DNA of 63,873 nt, counting the filler, from Hyphochytrium catenoides (lineage: Eukaryota > Protista > Hyphochytriomycota), in assembly GCA_900088475.1 (NCBI GenBank). It is 7 parts of 7 records of this genome, joined end to end, with 100 filler letters (N's around TTAATTAATTAA, not from the genome) between each part and the next. Parts side by side here need not be neighbours in the genome. Positions count along the whole stretch, not along the records: positions 17,010 to 48,427 come from FLMG01001427.1; 6 more parts are not named here. One strand, written 5' to 3'. The position numbers and the translations under genes were made by a program. Positions 22,801-34,869 of this stretch are shown here, in pieces. Each line of letters begins with the position of its first letter. Within the stretch, counting starts at the first letter, position 1. Below the pieces are notes generated by a model that was not told the DNA's origin, did not search any database, and saw only the letters and a list, made by a program, of their open reading frames with translations.

Positions 22801-25800
22801 TGCTTCACACTTGCTTGCAATCTAAGCGTTGGAGCCCTAAATTCTATCTAACATACGTTTTCAAGTTTATCATGGCCTCGGTATCCTGTGCATGTGAGCG
22901 ATTGCTCCCCACTGCCGCGTCTCTTACCCCTGCGCTCGAAGCGTTTAATACAATGAAAGAAAAGATTCTGAAGGACCTCATAGACACTGCTCAGGCGTAC
23001 AAAGAGAGCGAGAAGGATTTTCGAGAAGCTAAGACGGCAGGAGAAGCACTGGGTGCCAGGATATCTATGGTCTCTTATCTCTCGGAGGCCGATCTTAAGA
23101 AGAGTCTTCGTCTATTTCACCGTTTCCTTCCCACAGCTGAAGTTGGGAAGAAAACCCCATTTAGATCTCCTCAACAGTTGGAAGAAGCACAGGCAGATAT
23201 ACATAAACTGAGGGAGGCCGATGTAACAGGTATTATCAAGAAATTAGGGCCTATCAAGCCGAAAGACCTCTCTTAATGCTCGGCTCCTCGCTACACTTTA
23301 TTTACTGGACCCGTTGCGTACTTCTGCCGTTGGATATCACCCGTCTATCCTCCAGCTCGTAATTTCATCTCGTGATTTCACTAGAATATTTCCTGACCCA
23401 GTCGTCCTTTCGGTTTAACCTGCTCTCTTCGCCCCATGACACCCCGTTGTCTCTTTGGCTTCCCGCGTTCTGCAGCATCTAAAGAGTGGCATGCAGTCCT
23501 ACAATCAGTGCACAACTCATTTCAGGAACTAAAGTCTGCGTCTCAGAGTGACGTCCAAACCCTAAAGCGTTGGTCTTCTGTCTCAAATCGTTCATCATCT
23601 CCATCCTCCGTACAGACTCCTTCCGCCTTGAAAACGAAACACGCTGTGACGTGGTACCATCAGCTCCTTCGTATTCCCTTTGTTTATAAAGGGAAACTTA
23701 TATATCGGTTTGGTCTGGTAGAGGAGCCCTGGCAACTTGAGGACCTCTCCGAGGTTGAGACGGTGAATGTAAGGGTTTTCTTCACCGAGTACGAGAGTGA
23801 AGGACTGGTGAAGAAAGAGAAGGCCCTGCTCTCTTTATTACGTTCTCATGAGGTTGGCGAAAATCCCTCTTCTCTGACAGTAAGAGACAGACGGAGAAAA
23901 GCAAGGGAATCCCTACCAGACAGTAGTCTTTTTCCTGTCACCCCTGATGATCTAAAGAAATATGTCATCAGCGACAAAGACTATTATTTCCTAGCAAGGA
24001 CTGCAACCACATCCTCATATCAAAGAGGAGATGGTGCAGAGAGCGCAGGACTTACGACTACCCCAGGAAGGAGACGGAAAGAATCAATGACACCTATGGA
24101 GATCGAGGAAGATGACGCAATAGGAGATCAACTGGAAGACAGGGAGGATGCGACCAGTGCACCAGGATCCATTGACGTGACAACGGAGAATGTTGAAGTG
24201 CTGACTCAAGATACCAAGCATAGACAGCAGGAGATCGCAGTTCTACATCAAGAGCTTGAGATAAGTCGACGCTCTCTCGTGTCGTTGTCGCACAAGCTCC
24301 TAGAGATCACCACATCACCTTCAATAGATAAGTATGAGGCTGTGAAGGTTGAGAGAGAGGACGTTAAGAGGAAAAGCAGGGACTATACCATGGTGCGGGA
24401 CATGATGAAAGGCATTAGAGAGAAGTTGATAGAGGAGTATGGGTCCAGCTGCGGAAATCAGGTAAGCATTAAACTTCTGGCTACGTTCTGTGTTAGAACC
24501 TCTTGCATCGATACCGTCACGTCCGTACGAAAGGGTCTTCTAGGTCTGTCAATCTGCATGTTGGCATCTCGTAAGGATACAAATCGTAGGTTTCGCTGAC
24601 AATTTCTTATGACTCTGTTGGCTCCGCGTACCCTATGCTGTTCTCTCTCCCGCCATGTGTCCATTCCCTTTTGTAGTGGAGTGTAAAATCCCAGGTCCTG
24701 GCGTCTCCGTCAATTTCAGCAGCCTTATCCGGCTTGAAGGATTGGATACAAAGTCTGCATCTTGAGCTTGACTACTTTTACGGTGAGCTTCGAGAGATGG
24801 AACCCGACGGGCTCGAGAGGGAGTCAACCGGACTAAACAGAGAAGTAAAGAAAGCCCCTGAAAGCACCAGAGAGGAGGCTCGAGACGGTGGGCTTTTGAA
24901 GGGCGACGCAGTGAAAGCAACTGAATCGAAGGGACTCGAAGAGACAGTAATGAGAACTGTTGACTCCGAGAGAGACGGCAACAGCACTCCAGAAGGGTTT
25001 GAAAACCCAATGGAGGAAGGAGACGGTAGATTAGAGGTTTTGGTGTCCCATTATAAGGAGTTCTACATCCAAGAGCTCCTCTCTCTCTGGACCAAGAAAG
25101 CTTACACTCAGCAGGCTCTCTACCTCCTTCGCCGTTATGCCAACGTTGCAAGCGTCGAGGACCTGAAAGTCGACAGGGAAAGCGCTGAACGACAGGACGA
25201 TTTGGATAGATTGACGAGGCAAGGCAGAAAGAGGGTATTAGAGGAGGTCTTGGCAAAGGTCGACGGGCTATTGGAGGAGCTTGACGGACCAGTATGGCTA
25301 AGTCTCGGTGAGATTCGTAAGCAAAGAGACCCTCCTTGTTGTGCTACCCTTTTCAGTCTTCAACAGTGGCATTGCTCCACACTTGCGCAGTACCTGCTGA
25401 CCGCCATCCAGAGGATTCATTAAAAGATTGTTCCATTCTTGTCCACTCAACCTTACTCCATTAGGCACCTGGGCAAGAGATACCTGGAACAAACGCACGA
25501 AGCATGGTGCCTTGAGCCGGCAGACCTCCGTCTTTTATCACAACCTGTGCTTTGAGCATAGAACTCCACCGCAACACCCGGAGAGTCACCTTCGACTACA
25601 GGTGAGCATCTTCTCGTGGGCTCTTACCTCGCTCAGCTGCTAAACGGCTTATATCCGCCTTTTCTCGTCCATCCTTCGTGGTGACGCACAATAACCTTCC
25701 CGCTCTTCTCTCAGATGGTGCTTCGTGCCATCACTGATTATATCCAAAGAGTGCAAGAAGGACAGCAGATCCGCATAGAGAAGCTTACGAAAAGCTACTT

Positions 25801-28800
25801 CGATCTTGTTCCAGAGGAAATACTGCTTTTATTGGTAAGCTGCTGAGCAATAAGCAAGCGATGGATGCTAGTTACGTGGCTTACAGAAGAATATACCCTC
25901 CTGAGAGCGGCTCCGCTAAAGGTTAATGGACCCCTTTCCTTGGCTTAACAGGTGCACTCTTACGACTACATGCGAGCTCTTAGGGAGACGGCGATGACTG
26001 CCTCTACGGAAGGTAAGTGCTACAGGGCGGATCTCGGTAGCTTTAGCCACCCGAGGTTCCATGAGTTTGTCACGCTTTGCCCTTCCGACTCAAAATGAAG
26101 TAAAACAGCTTAAGCAAACATCATGCCAGGAGCTGGGAGACATACATGAGCTTTCAGAAGTCAGGCCCCTGACACAAACTTAAATATAGGAACCCAGCTA
26201 GCTTTCGAAGTGAAGGAATTAGCTAATTTCTGCGGGCCGAAAGCGTGGGCAGAGGAAGAGACTCCAACCGAGGAAGGATCGCAACAAGAAGGACGCAGGG
26301 CGCTGTCGGATTCGCCTCAATCTGATAACGTCAGTGGAGAAGAAAGAAAACCAGAGCACCAAGCGGAAGAGACTGGTGCAGTGGAGGAAACAGCTACAGC
26401 TGAGCACGCGCAAGCTCCTAATGGGAACGTATGGACTCTTACTCTTTGTCGTACGCTTCGGAGTTACCAGCCGTCACTGACAGCTCCGCTTTGTGCAGGC
26501 GATACTTCAAGTGGAGGCCGTCTCGATGAGCACCGTGGAAGAAGGAGGACCTGGAGATGATAGCGGCAAGGAACATGCTCTTCAAGAGCTGCAAGTCTCT
26601 GAAATAGGTGACAACGTAGGATTAGTAGACGAGCCAGCAACCGTAGAGACAGATCGAGAGAAGGATGACCTTGCACCGAGTCGCATGGAAGACATCGATA
26701 CACAAGGACGGGAAGACAGTACAGTACAGAATGTCTCGAATGCCGACGATAACCGTCCTGAAACTCAGACAGTACAGAGTACGAAGCTCGAAGGACCACC
26801 TGAGACCGATGATAAAAGCGTGGATCAGAAAGGCGACGAAGAATCCAGCTCCTTCCCAGCTGGGGACGGCCCAAGACAACTTGGACAGCACCAAGCCGCT
26901 AAGCAGAGTTCCGGAGGGCCGACTGACAATGACACTCCACACGTACCTATCGAAGTTTCCGACGGGATTGCTTGCACAGAATCGGGCAGAGAAGCAGAAC
27001 TAGCAGGAAAGGAAGGCCTTCACGTCGTAAGAAAGGTTTTAAACGCATGACTTTCTTGAGAAGCTGAATTCAATTATCAATCCTCACCACCTCATGTGGC
27101 CCTTTTTTATGCTTCTTTCTTGATGCTTGACAGGCGGCATCTAGGGCATGCCCTTCTAATGAGAATCTAGACCAATCCATGATAGAGGAAGGGAAGAAGA
27201 TGGCACTAGAAGATTCTTTGCTCAGGAACAAGGTAACCGTTAGGTTGAATATGCTCTTCAGAAAGCCTTTACCTACCTCTCTTGTTCCGATACCTATTCT
27301 GGGCCAAGCTCCCGGTTCGAAGTTTCTCTAGCTCTTCAAAAGTGGGACTTGAAACCATCCCCTCATGCTTCATGTCCAAGAGGATGTTGCTAGTTTTGCG
27401 CTTTGACCATCTTTGACTTGATAGGATGAACCCATGGAGAATCCCACTGAAATGGAAATGGAGCTCTCAGCACAGGAACCAAAGGTAGTGAGGCTTCTAC
27501 CCAAACAATGCGTTTTCTTGAATAGAACCTATCTCCTCAAACCTTTTCTCCTGTCACCCTCCTTATTACCCTGATTCTCTGTCACGATAGCATCCGCTCT
27601 TTACCGGTACTTTCATCCTTTTCCACAACGTCCTGCTGGGGCGTCTTTACTAATCTACCTGTAAACAGTGTGCAGCCGGGAATGCGGCAAAGGTACTTCA
27701 GGATGCCGTCCCGCTCTGTGGCAGCCCATACCTGGAGCTTGACCTTATGTGTCAAGAAGACCTGCGTTCACATGAGCAAGTAATAGCGCACATCTCTATT
27801 CAGTCCCGTATAGGCCGCTTGCATGCCTTCTCATGTCCTTTCGTCTCGGCTCTCATTCTCCGGTCAGGACCCAGGTCAAGGTCGCAAGGGCCAAGGCATC
27901 AAGGTGTCTGGGGAGAAAAAAGAAAGCACTGAGGACGGAAACCTAGATATAAGGGAAGATAAGGAGAATGGGGCCTCGCCGACGGCATCATCTGAAGATG
28001 AGGGTGAGCTCAGGAATAGAGAAACGACCAGAACTCTGCTGACAAAGACGACAGGGAGCGGCCACAAGAGCGAAAGTAAGAATCGAACCTTGACAGATTT
28101 AACCTCAACTCTGCCATCTTCTTCCATCGCTGCCATTGTACTCTGCACCCTCCCTCTCTTTAATACTTTTGAAGAGCTCAGCTTTCCTTCATCACTCGTT
28201 TGGTGACCCTTTGTTCCAGTAGCCAATAGCTTTTTGGTAATTGACATAAGCCCCAGGTACGCCTCACCAATCTTCAACGTATGTGAGCGCCAAGTCATGG
28301 GCGGCTGCGCTAGCAGCGGTGGGCACTCTGTGCGAAGCGGTGGCTTCAATATTGGAAAAGAGGTGCAGAAATGCTCTAGCAATAGTTCGACCGCCAGGTA
28401 AGTTGACATAGGACATTGGGGATCTTATGATTATTGAGGCTTCGGCTCTTACTCCCATCAATGCTGCCTCTTCCCCTTCGTGACTTTAATGCCTTGACAC
28501 GCAAATCCGCATGTGGTGGAGTCTTGTCACCCTGCGTATGTAGGCTACCATCTAGATTGGCTAACTTTTCGTATCTCCCTAGGCCATGGAGTGGGTCGCC
28601 ATGGTGCTCCTTTCCTGTCCTCGTCTACATCCTTTTCTCTATTGAACAATGTGATGGCGGCAACTGTTTTCGCTCGGCTCACTCCAAGTGTGCGACGAGT
28701 GGCTATCATCGACTGGGGTCGTTATACTGGACAGGGAACAATGGAGCTGGCTGAAGGAGATACAGAAACTCTCTTCTTACAGGTAGTACATTCTCTCTCC

Positions 28801-29388
28801 TAACCTCATTGTACCTGACCTTGAGCTCTAGTTTTGAAAAGTCACTCGCTAGGTCAAGCATGGAGCTAGGACTGATAACTGTGGTGCACCTGGAAATGGC
28901 CTCATCCGGAGAGAGTAAGAGGCAATCATTTTAAGCTTCGAAAACAGACTTAATGCTCAGCTCAAACGACCCACGTTTTTTCCCCTTGTGCATTCCCGTT
29001 GCAGGTGTGTCCGGTGGCATATGAAGGAAGAAGTATGTCCCAGCGTAAGACGGTTTGCCCCAGATTTGTTGATAATCTCCGCTAGCTTTGATAGCCCTGG
29101 CGATGTCCCGGGAGAAGGCAAAAGCCTAGACCAAGAGGTAAGACTGCGATGGCAAGACCCAGATATCAACCGGCAGCCGGTAAGAATCCGCCCCTGGACA
29201 GAGAAACTCACAAACGTGATGGTCTCCGCTAGGATTATGCTTGGGCTACTGCCCAGCTGGCTGCGCTTGCAGAGGAGCTGTGCGACGGCCGCTTACTGTC
29301 TGTCCTGGAGGAGGGATATGATAAAGGGACTGAGATGTCTGCCCTCACTGATTGTATTGTGGCGCACTTGAAGGCGTTGGCGTCGTGA
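19816..29388 (+). CDS. Large multi-exon chromatin protein: N-terminal C-x-C-C/SPSQW Zn-like motif + PHD finger + AP2/ERF DNA-binding domain + degenerate class II-like HDAC domain
   Basis: Phase-consistent GT-AG chain of more than 20 exons from ATG 19816 to TGA 29386-29388. PHD CRVC...LLCDGCDAEYHLHCLKPPL.VIPEG|NFYCMYC (21414-21542, then 21713-). AP2 CRGV...FRSYIGSKGMRKSLGTYSNLEQ|AADAYDQAAMRLHGEKAILNFP (21713-21853, 22126-22202, 22376-). HDAC motifs HPESHLRL, VHSYDY, NALAIVRPPG, NNV, RVAIID, FAPDLLIISASFD, GRLLSVLEEGY. The 5' exons and the small exons are less certain. Confidence 0.85.
20072..20107 (+). repeat. Perfect 18-bp tandem duplication (GCACACTATGCCCGTGAC x2) in intron 1 of the HDAC-like gene
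   Basis: Read directly from the sequence. Confidence 0.9.
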
Positions 29389-29843
29389 GGAAGACTGTAG
29401 TTGCGCCATTACCCTCGGCGAGCGTAAGAGCTGAACCAGACTAACCCGGAGGCAGCAGCCCATGCGCAACGAGGCCATTTGCCTTTACCAGCCAAAAAGT
29501 ACAGGGCGTAGAGGGAGTCCAATGAGAGCAGGCGAGTCCCTTTGCCTAGCAACCTAAGACTGCCCGTGCCCTTCCAGGATAAGCCGTACTGCTGTCCCAC
29601 CGCACTCTTTCTTCAACCACATGTCACTTGAGTGAGAAGCAGCATGAGGCGGACACCTGAAAACGAGAACCAGGTGTCCACTTAATCTTAGAGCCATAAG
29701 TGGGTTAGGTATATATCCAAGCCAGTCGTATACTCGAGTAGCCCGTGCTAGATTTGGGACGGCGTGGAGGCATAACCTTCCTTTATCTATATAGGAAGCA
29801 AGTAAACATAAGCATTTAGAGCTCTTGGCCCTTTCACACCAGA

Positions 29844-31301
29844 CTAAAGGTTGTCAGCGCAATTTGCGGCAGGAGGATTAGCGGGATCGGACCTATCACC
29901 AAGAGGTGGAGTCTTGAAAAAGGGAGAGAGAACCTCGCCCATAGGAAGGTAGCTGTGGAGAAAGGCAGAATTGGCCCTCGATCCCAGATAGATCAGTACC
30001 CCAATCGTGGCCAGGACGGTCCCTACCATATTTACCGCAGTGAGAGGAACACCCCAATATAGAGGTAAGATGATGCTCAGCAGCACTCTTCGGAACGCTT
30101 GGAGTACTGAGAAGCTCAGTGGTGAAGTGCGCGCAAGGACCATAAAGCTAAGGGCAGAGTAGATATACTGGGATAATCCACATGTAAGCAAAGAGAGAAC
30201 CGAGCCGGAAGTAGTCTTGGACGTTAGGATTATGGAAACTTCGCCACTGATGGGGAACAAAGGCATTCCCAGCACGAAGGAGAAGCAGCATAATGCCCAA
30301 TGCAGATTGATGTCGTCCAGGATCCGTTCCTAGGGCAAGGGGAAATTGAAAACACTCTGTTAACGGGAAGGGAGGTGGGACTGCATGGGAAGCAGCACCG
30401 AAGCAACACAGAATATGGTCGTGATACACAGATTCAGCTGAAGACATCTCTCCCTCCTGCCCGGGAATGCGGCACGCACGTCAGACCATAAAGGATAGTC
30501 TCAAGAAAGCCTTAGTGCACCACAATGTACCTGCAATAAGTAGCCAGAAAACACTATCAACAGGGCCATTGATATGTTGGCTATCGCGGCGGAGAGGACC
30601 TCCATGAGCCCTACGGACTCTGCTCTCAATGATGATAGAACAAGGCCCAAACAGAGCGGCACAAGTGCAACAATTCTAAAGACGGAGGTATTTTGCTGGA
30701 TCAAGAGGACAGCGAAGCCTGCTGTGAGAGCGGGTTCAAAGGCTAAATGCATCTGCGCATAGCTCTCGCTCCCGCCGCCAAAGTTGGCGTTTGTGCATAG
30801 AGAGCCGAAAGCTTGACAGAGAGACAGTCCCAGGACGTATCTTGTCTTTGTGCCAAGGAAGGCTTGAGTTGGATAAAGCTTGAGGACGTAAAGAATCAAA
30901 AAGCCGCTTATCGCAGAAAGAGCAAACTGTGCCAGCGTTAGAATGACTGGAAGCCGTGTCCCTCTCACGAAGTCAGCACCCAGCACCTCAACGAAGAAAG
31001 AGAAGACAAAACATCCGGCGTACAAGGCTCCGATGACAGCTGGGCTGTCTCCTAGGGCGACCGCAGCCGTATCGATAGTACTCAGTCCCCTTCTTCTCTC
31101 AGGCATAGAGTGAGCACCATCTTCTTGGTTGGGAATGACTACTGCCGAAAGCTCTATCTCTGATAATAGGGGCTCGGACGACAGCGAGAGTCTTCTCTTC
31201 TCAGGGGAAGGCCCACCTTCTCCAATACTTCCATTGATTGCAGCAGTAAAATCCTCCTCAGACTCGGCGCTTCGCCTTCGCTGAATCATTTCCTGAGGCA
31301 T
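29844..31301 (-). CDS. Triose-phosphate/nucleotide-sugar transporter family (TPT/DMT) membrane protein, 2 exons, ~418 aa
   Basis: Exons 31301-30531 and 30329-29844, joined by a phase-0 GT-AG intron. Multiple TM helices; motifs PVILTLAQF, FEPALT, LVPLCLG, TSPLSFSV...RRV, NMVGTVLATIGVLIY. Confidence 0.85.
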
Positions 31302-31439
31302 ACTAACAGAGGCCACTTCTCCTCAGCATGATGAGGCACCCCAGTCCATACGCAACCCTCCTAACGACGTGACTGGAAGGGGGCTCTCCAGACCAAGCCT
31401 CTCACCTTTCTGCAATCATCCAAGGCAGAGAACGCATTT

Positions 31440-31994
31440 TTACCCTAGAGCCTCGTCATAAGGGAACGCCATCTTACGTGTCCGCTCCGGCAGAGGTTTA
31501 GCTGTCCCGCTTCTGGACTTCTGGACAAACTCCTGACACATGGAAGCTATATTCATTCCCGACGGGGCCTGACTTGTGCAAGTGATGGTGCAGGAAACCG
31601 TAACATCGCTCGAGTGAGTTGCGCAAGTGAAGGTGCAGGTAATAATGAGATCTACAGGGCAGCCAGATCCCAGCACTGCAGTCGCAGTGTGGAGCGCGTT
31701 CGTTGGTTGAGGTGTTGCTGACTCTGGACCCAATATTTCTTTGCTGATGCTTGTGAAGAACCAGAAGACCAAAGGACAGAGCCGAATGATGAAAGCTTCA
31801 GAAAGACTGAGGCAAGCTGGGGGAAACATTGAGAACTTGTCAGAGAAAGCCGGCAGGTCATCGGCAAGTAATAGATTTCGATGACGAGCTGACACGTTGG
31901 TCCAGCCGCTAACGGTGTTCTCTAGATCTGGAAGAGGCTGGCGGCGCCGACCAGAGCGAGCGAAGAAGAAAGCCTTTCTCTGTTCATCTTCCAT
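31440..31994 (-). CDS. Hypothetical protein (184 aa), divergent from the DIX gene
   Basis: ATG-initiated, non-microsatellite ORF in a gene-dense region; no recognised motif. Confidence 0.3.
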   Translation of the reverse strand: MEDEQRKAFFFARSGRRRQPLPDLENTVSGWTNVSARHRNLLLADDLPAFSDKFSMFPPACLSLSEAFIIRLCPLVFWFFTSISKEILGPESATPQPTNALHTATAVLGSGCPVDLIITCTFTCATHSSDVTVSCTITCTSQAPSGMNIASMCQEFVQKSRSGTAKPLPERTRKMAFPYDEALG

Positions 31995-32176
31995 CTTCAG
32001 CTCCCATCATCACGTTGCTGCTGATAGCTCCTACTGGTCCATCAGTGCTCTGCGACTAAGCAGGGATGCAGTGCCATATGCACATGATATATTAATCCTC
32101 CTCGAGGTCACAGGCGTTATAAGGGCGTCCGCGTCTTCGAACGCGGTATAGGAGTCAGAACTGTGTGAGCGCAAGG

Positions 32177-33145
32177 ATGCCGAGTGTCCACGTGTTATAC
32201 ACAGTGGTTGGCGAGCTAGATGATGACCCTGAACATCCCAACGCCTTTGAATTATATTATGACGAAGGTTAGATGGTGGAAAGTAGTGGTGAGCAAGGTG
32301 CCTTGGATGCGTGACTGATAGAGGTTGTGACAAAACAGAACCGTTACGGTTGAGACACGTCCTTGAAGGCTTCCCGTTGGAGCCTGCAATGGACAACGGA
32401 TATCACTTCGCCTTTCAGACAGAGATGGTGGTACGTTACAGGCACTACCGCTATTCATGGTTTTTGATCCACCACGCAAGAGCGAGCTTTTGACCTTGAG
32501 CTCCTCCTCAAGCAGGAAGAAGCCCGAACGCCAATCTTCTGTGATTTGACAAACCCAGATTCTGTTGTCCCGATGATGCAGAGCAAGGTGGTGGCAAGAG
32601 TGATCCCTCTTGGTATGCTCCAGTCCACGTTCATTGGTCAGCATGCATATATCACATATACCTTACCTTCCGCGTTGTAGTGAAGCCTGTGCCTGAGTTC
32701 GTCGATAGACGGAGCATGACGCCCATGGTAAAGCACGCCGAGAGTGAGATTTCTTCGCACGGATCGATTGAGGTAGGGTAGCCAGTCTGGCACCTCGCTA
32801 GATCGTGCTTGACATGCAATCTCTTAGAGGTTAAGCAGTGGCAGTGGCCTTGAGCCTGACACCAGAGCCGGGCAAGAGAAAAAATACATGGGGGCAGAAG
32901 AAGAGTGGGACGACACCGCATCTACCTCTTCAAATGACCTTGGAGCAAGCACCAGGGTAACATTGCTTCACCTGTTCTCACGCACGAACGACTTCTTCCC
33001 TTCTCAGATGCTCATCGACGGTCTTGTCTAGGCTCAAGCCGCCGAGGCTGCAAAAATTGCTGCCGCCGTCACTAGAGAGGGCGCCACCATGGCGAAGAAG
33101 GCCGTAGGCTCTCTTTTCTCTGCTGCCCGAAGGGCCATGGGCTAA
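32177..33145 (+). CDS. DIX-domain-like protein, 6 exons, 204 aa (not captured as a whole by the ORF track)
   Basis: Exons 32177-32267, 32339-32430, 32516-32612, 32681-32772, 32828-32956 and 33032-33145, all GT-AG and phase-consistent. N-terminus VLYTVVGELDDDPEHPNAF...LRLRHVLEGFPL...YHFAFQ...IFCDLTNPDSVVPMMQSKVVARVIPL fits the DIX pattern (Y..., YxFxFK, VWxD...VP...G.I.AKV). Confidence 0.78.
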
Positions 33146-33260
33146 GTGAATGTATATACTACTACTAACAGAGAGACTAAGGGATAATTTATTTATGGAT
33201 GTTTCTTATTGACAAAAGCGCGGGGAATCATAGCCGGGTCCATCGGCTGGTGGCAACTCA

Positions 33261-34004
33261 TTACCAAAGAGAAAAGCTTGGCCAGTAGCTGGACTCTGGC
33301 TTCGTCCCTTCCTCCAGGATTTGCCGAATCTTTGCGAAGATGCTCTTGGGCCCCATCTCCCCAACATAATAGAGTACAGACGGGGGAATAGAGCCATTCA
33401 GGTTCATGTGAGCGATAATGTTGATCTCTGTGAGATCGTCAGTTATCGAACGGAGGACGTAGCCAATAATGTACGCATGACCACGCACAAAGTCAGCTGG
33501 CCGAGGATCGTGCGGGTGCTCAATGGAGCGGGACGCAATGACGGTCATCCTTTGATCTTCCAACTCGCTAACATGTGTCAGCACTATAAAGTCTCTCGCC
33601 GCGACGACAGTGTACGACACCCCCATCGCATGCCGTACTTCGGTCCAATCGTCAATTTTGTCCAGACAATCGGTTCTTTGACAAGAATCATCGAACTCCG
33701 GGATCCTGTCCAGGTCAATGACCAAATCACGTACGGCATGCCGCGGGGCTTTAACCTTTCCGACGGCCTTCAGGCATGGCCATTCGTTGTCTGGAGCAGT
33801 TCCGACAAAAAAGTTGACATCGTCTTTAAGTCCCTTGTGCTCCCAGTAGTTGTCCACAAGGTCTTCCCCGGCAAGTCTGGCCATCATGGCGTCGATATTT
33901 CCCTTCGCATAATCCCTCAGCTCTGAGTGGAGCTTTAGTCGGTCTGGTTCACTCATAACTGGGACGTCATCGGCCAGCTGGGGCTCTACCTCCTGGTTGC
34001 TCAT
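33261..34004 (-). CDS. START (SRPBCC) lipid-binding domain protein, 247 aa, intronless
   Basis: W...K....V, CLKAVG, RIPEFD, VAARDFIVL, IASRSIEHP...P..DFVRG, GYVL, NLNGSIPP are START signatures. First ATG at 34004. Confidence 0.88.
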   Translation of the reverse strand: MSNQEVEPQLADDVPVMSEPDRLKLHSELRDYAKGNIDAMMARLAGEDLVDNYWEHKGLKDDVNFFVGTAPDNEWPCLKAVGKVKAPRHAVRDLVIDLDRIPEFDDSCQRTDCLDKIDDWTEVRHAMGVSYTVVAARDFIVLTHVSELEDQRMTVIASRSIEHPHDPRPADFVRGHAYIIGYVLRSITDDLTEINIIAHMNLNGSIPPSVLYYVGEMGPKSIFAKIRQILEEGTKPESSYWPSFSLW

Positions 34005-34869
34005 GTTACCGGTCTGTCCTGTCAGTCCGCTTTTTTCAAAAAGGCTCAGCTTCCGATGCTCTGGTCTAAGTGCCAACGCGTTGTCCAGGAGGTAATATAG
34101 AGAATGAGGTCCAGAGCTGGGCAGACGCTAATCAGATGTGCGCCTCCGTCAGTTGCAACTCTGAGGAAAATGTGCAATAATCTTCATCCCCCTGCGGCTG
34201 TCTATGCAAACGGCAGGGAGGAATACCTGTGAAGGAAAGTTAGTGCCAATCAGCAGTCGGACAGTTAGCATCTGGCGGCGAAATATCGGGGCGGACAGGG
34301 GCTTGTTAGGGGCAGGTGGACAGGTCAGAATCAGACGTATTACTACTTTACGTGTCACGAGCGTTTATCTGAGAATTGACGTATTTCGCTTAACAAAGCC
34401 AATCGAACTATTATTCCACAACGGACATTTCTCATTATTCCTCTTTTTCCTGGATAGATTGTTATCATCATTGATCCTAGCCTCTTATTTATGTACTTAT
34501 TCCGGACACAGGAGGTGGTGGCCTCTAACGGCAAGCTTGGCTGCCTGTTTACTGTACTCGCCTCATTCTTCAGAGTCACAAACAATCACATCAACCCTCT
34601 GGTCGGTCTCGGGCTCCTCATTATCAATGATGATTGTCGACAACGTCTCAAGGCAATAATGAAGCTCGGTACTACCAAGGGTACCAGGTGGTTGGCTAGG
34701 TTAACTCACTCATATTAGTGATTACTAGGATATTAATGAGCATCCATAATGGCGTTACACTGCAGCCAAGCGGTCAAAAACTCTGCAGCTTTGGCTCTTC
34801 TCTTATTCGGGAATCAAGTAACTGGGAGAGTGGAGGGACGGAAGGGCGAGGGAATGATAACGCTACATC

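Noticed and set aside
22800-23276. Stand-alone nested ORF inside the HDAC-like gene
   Set aside because: Explained as internal exon 22866-23229 (phase-0 acceptor; phase-1 donor matching the next exon).
33008-33031. In-frame TAG in a protein-like frame (MLIDGLV*AQAAEAA), suggesting stop-codon reassignment
   Set aside because: The TAG is the 3' splice site of the last DIX-gene intron. TAG, TAA and TGA all end well-supported genes here (EF-G1, CA, HDAC-like), so the nuclear code is standard.
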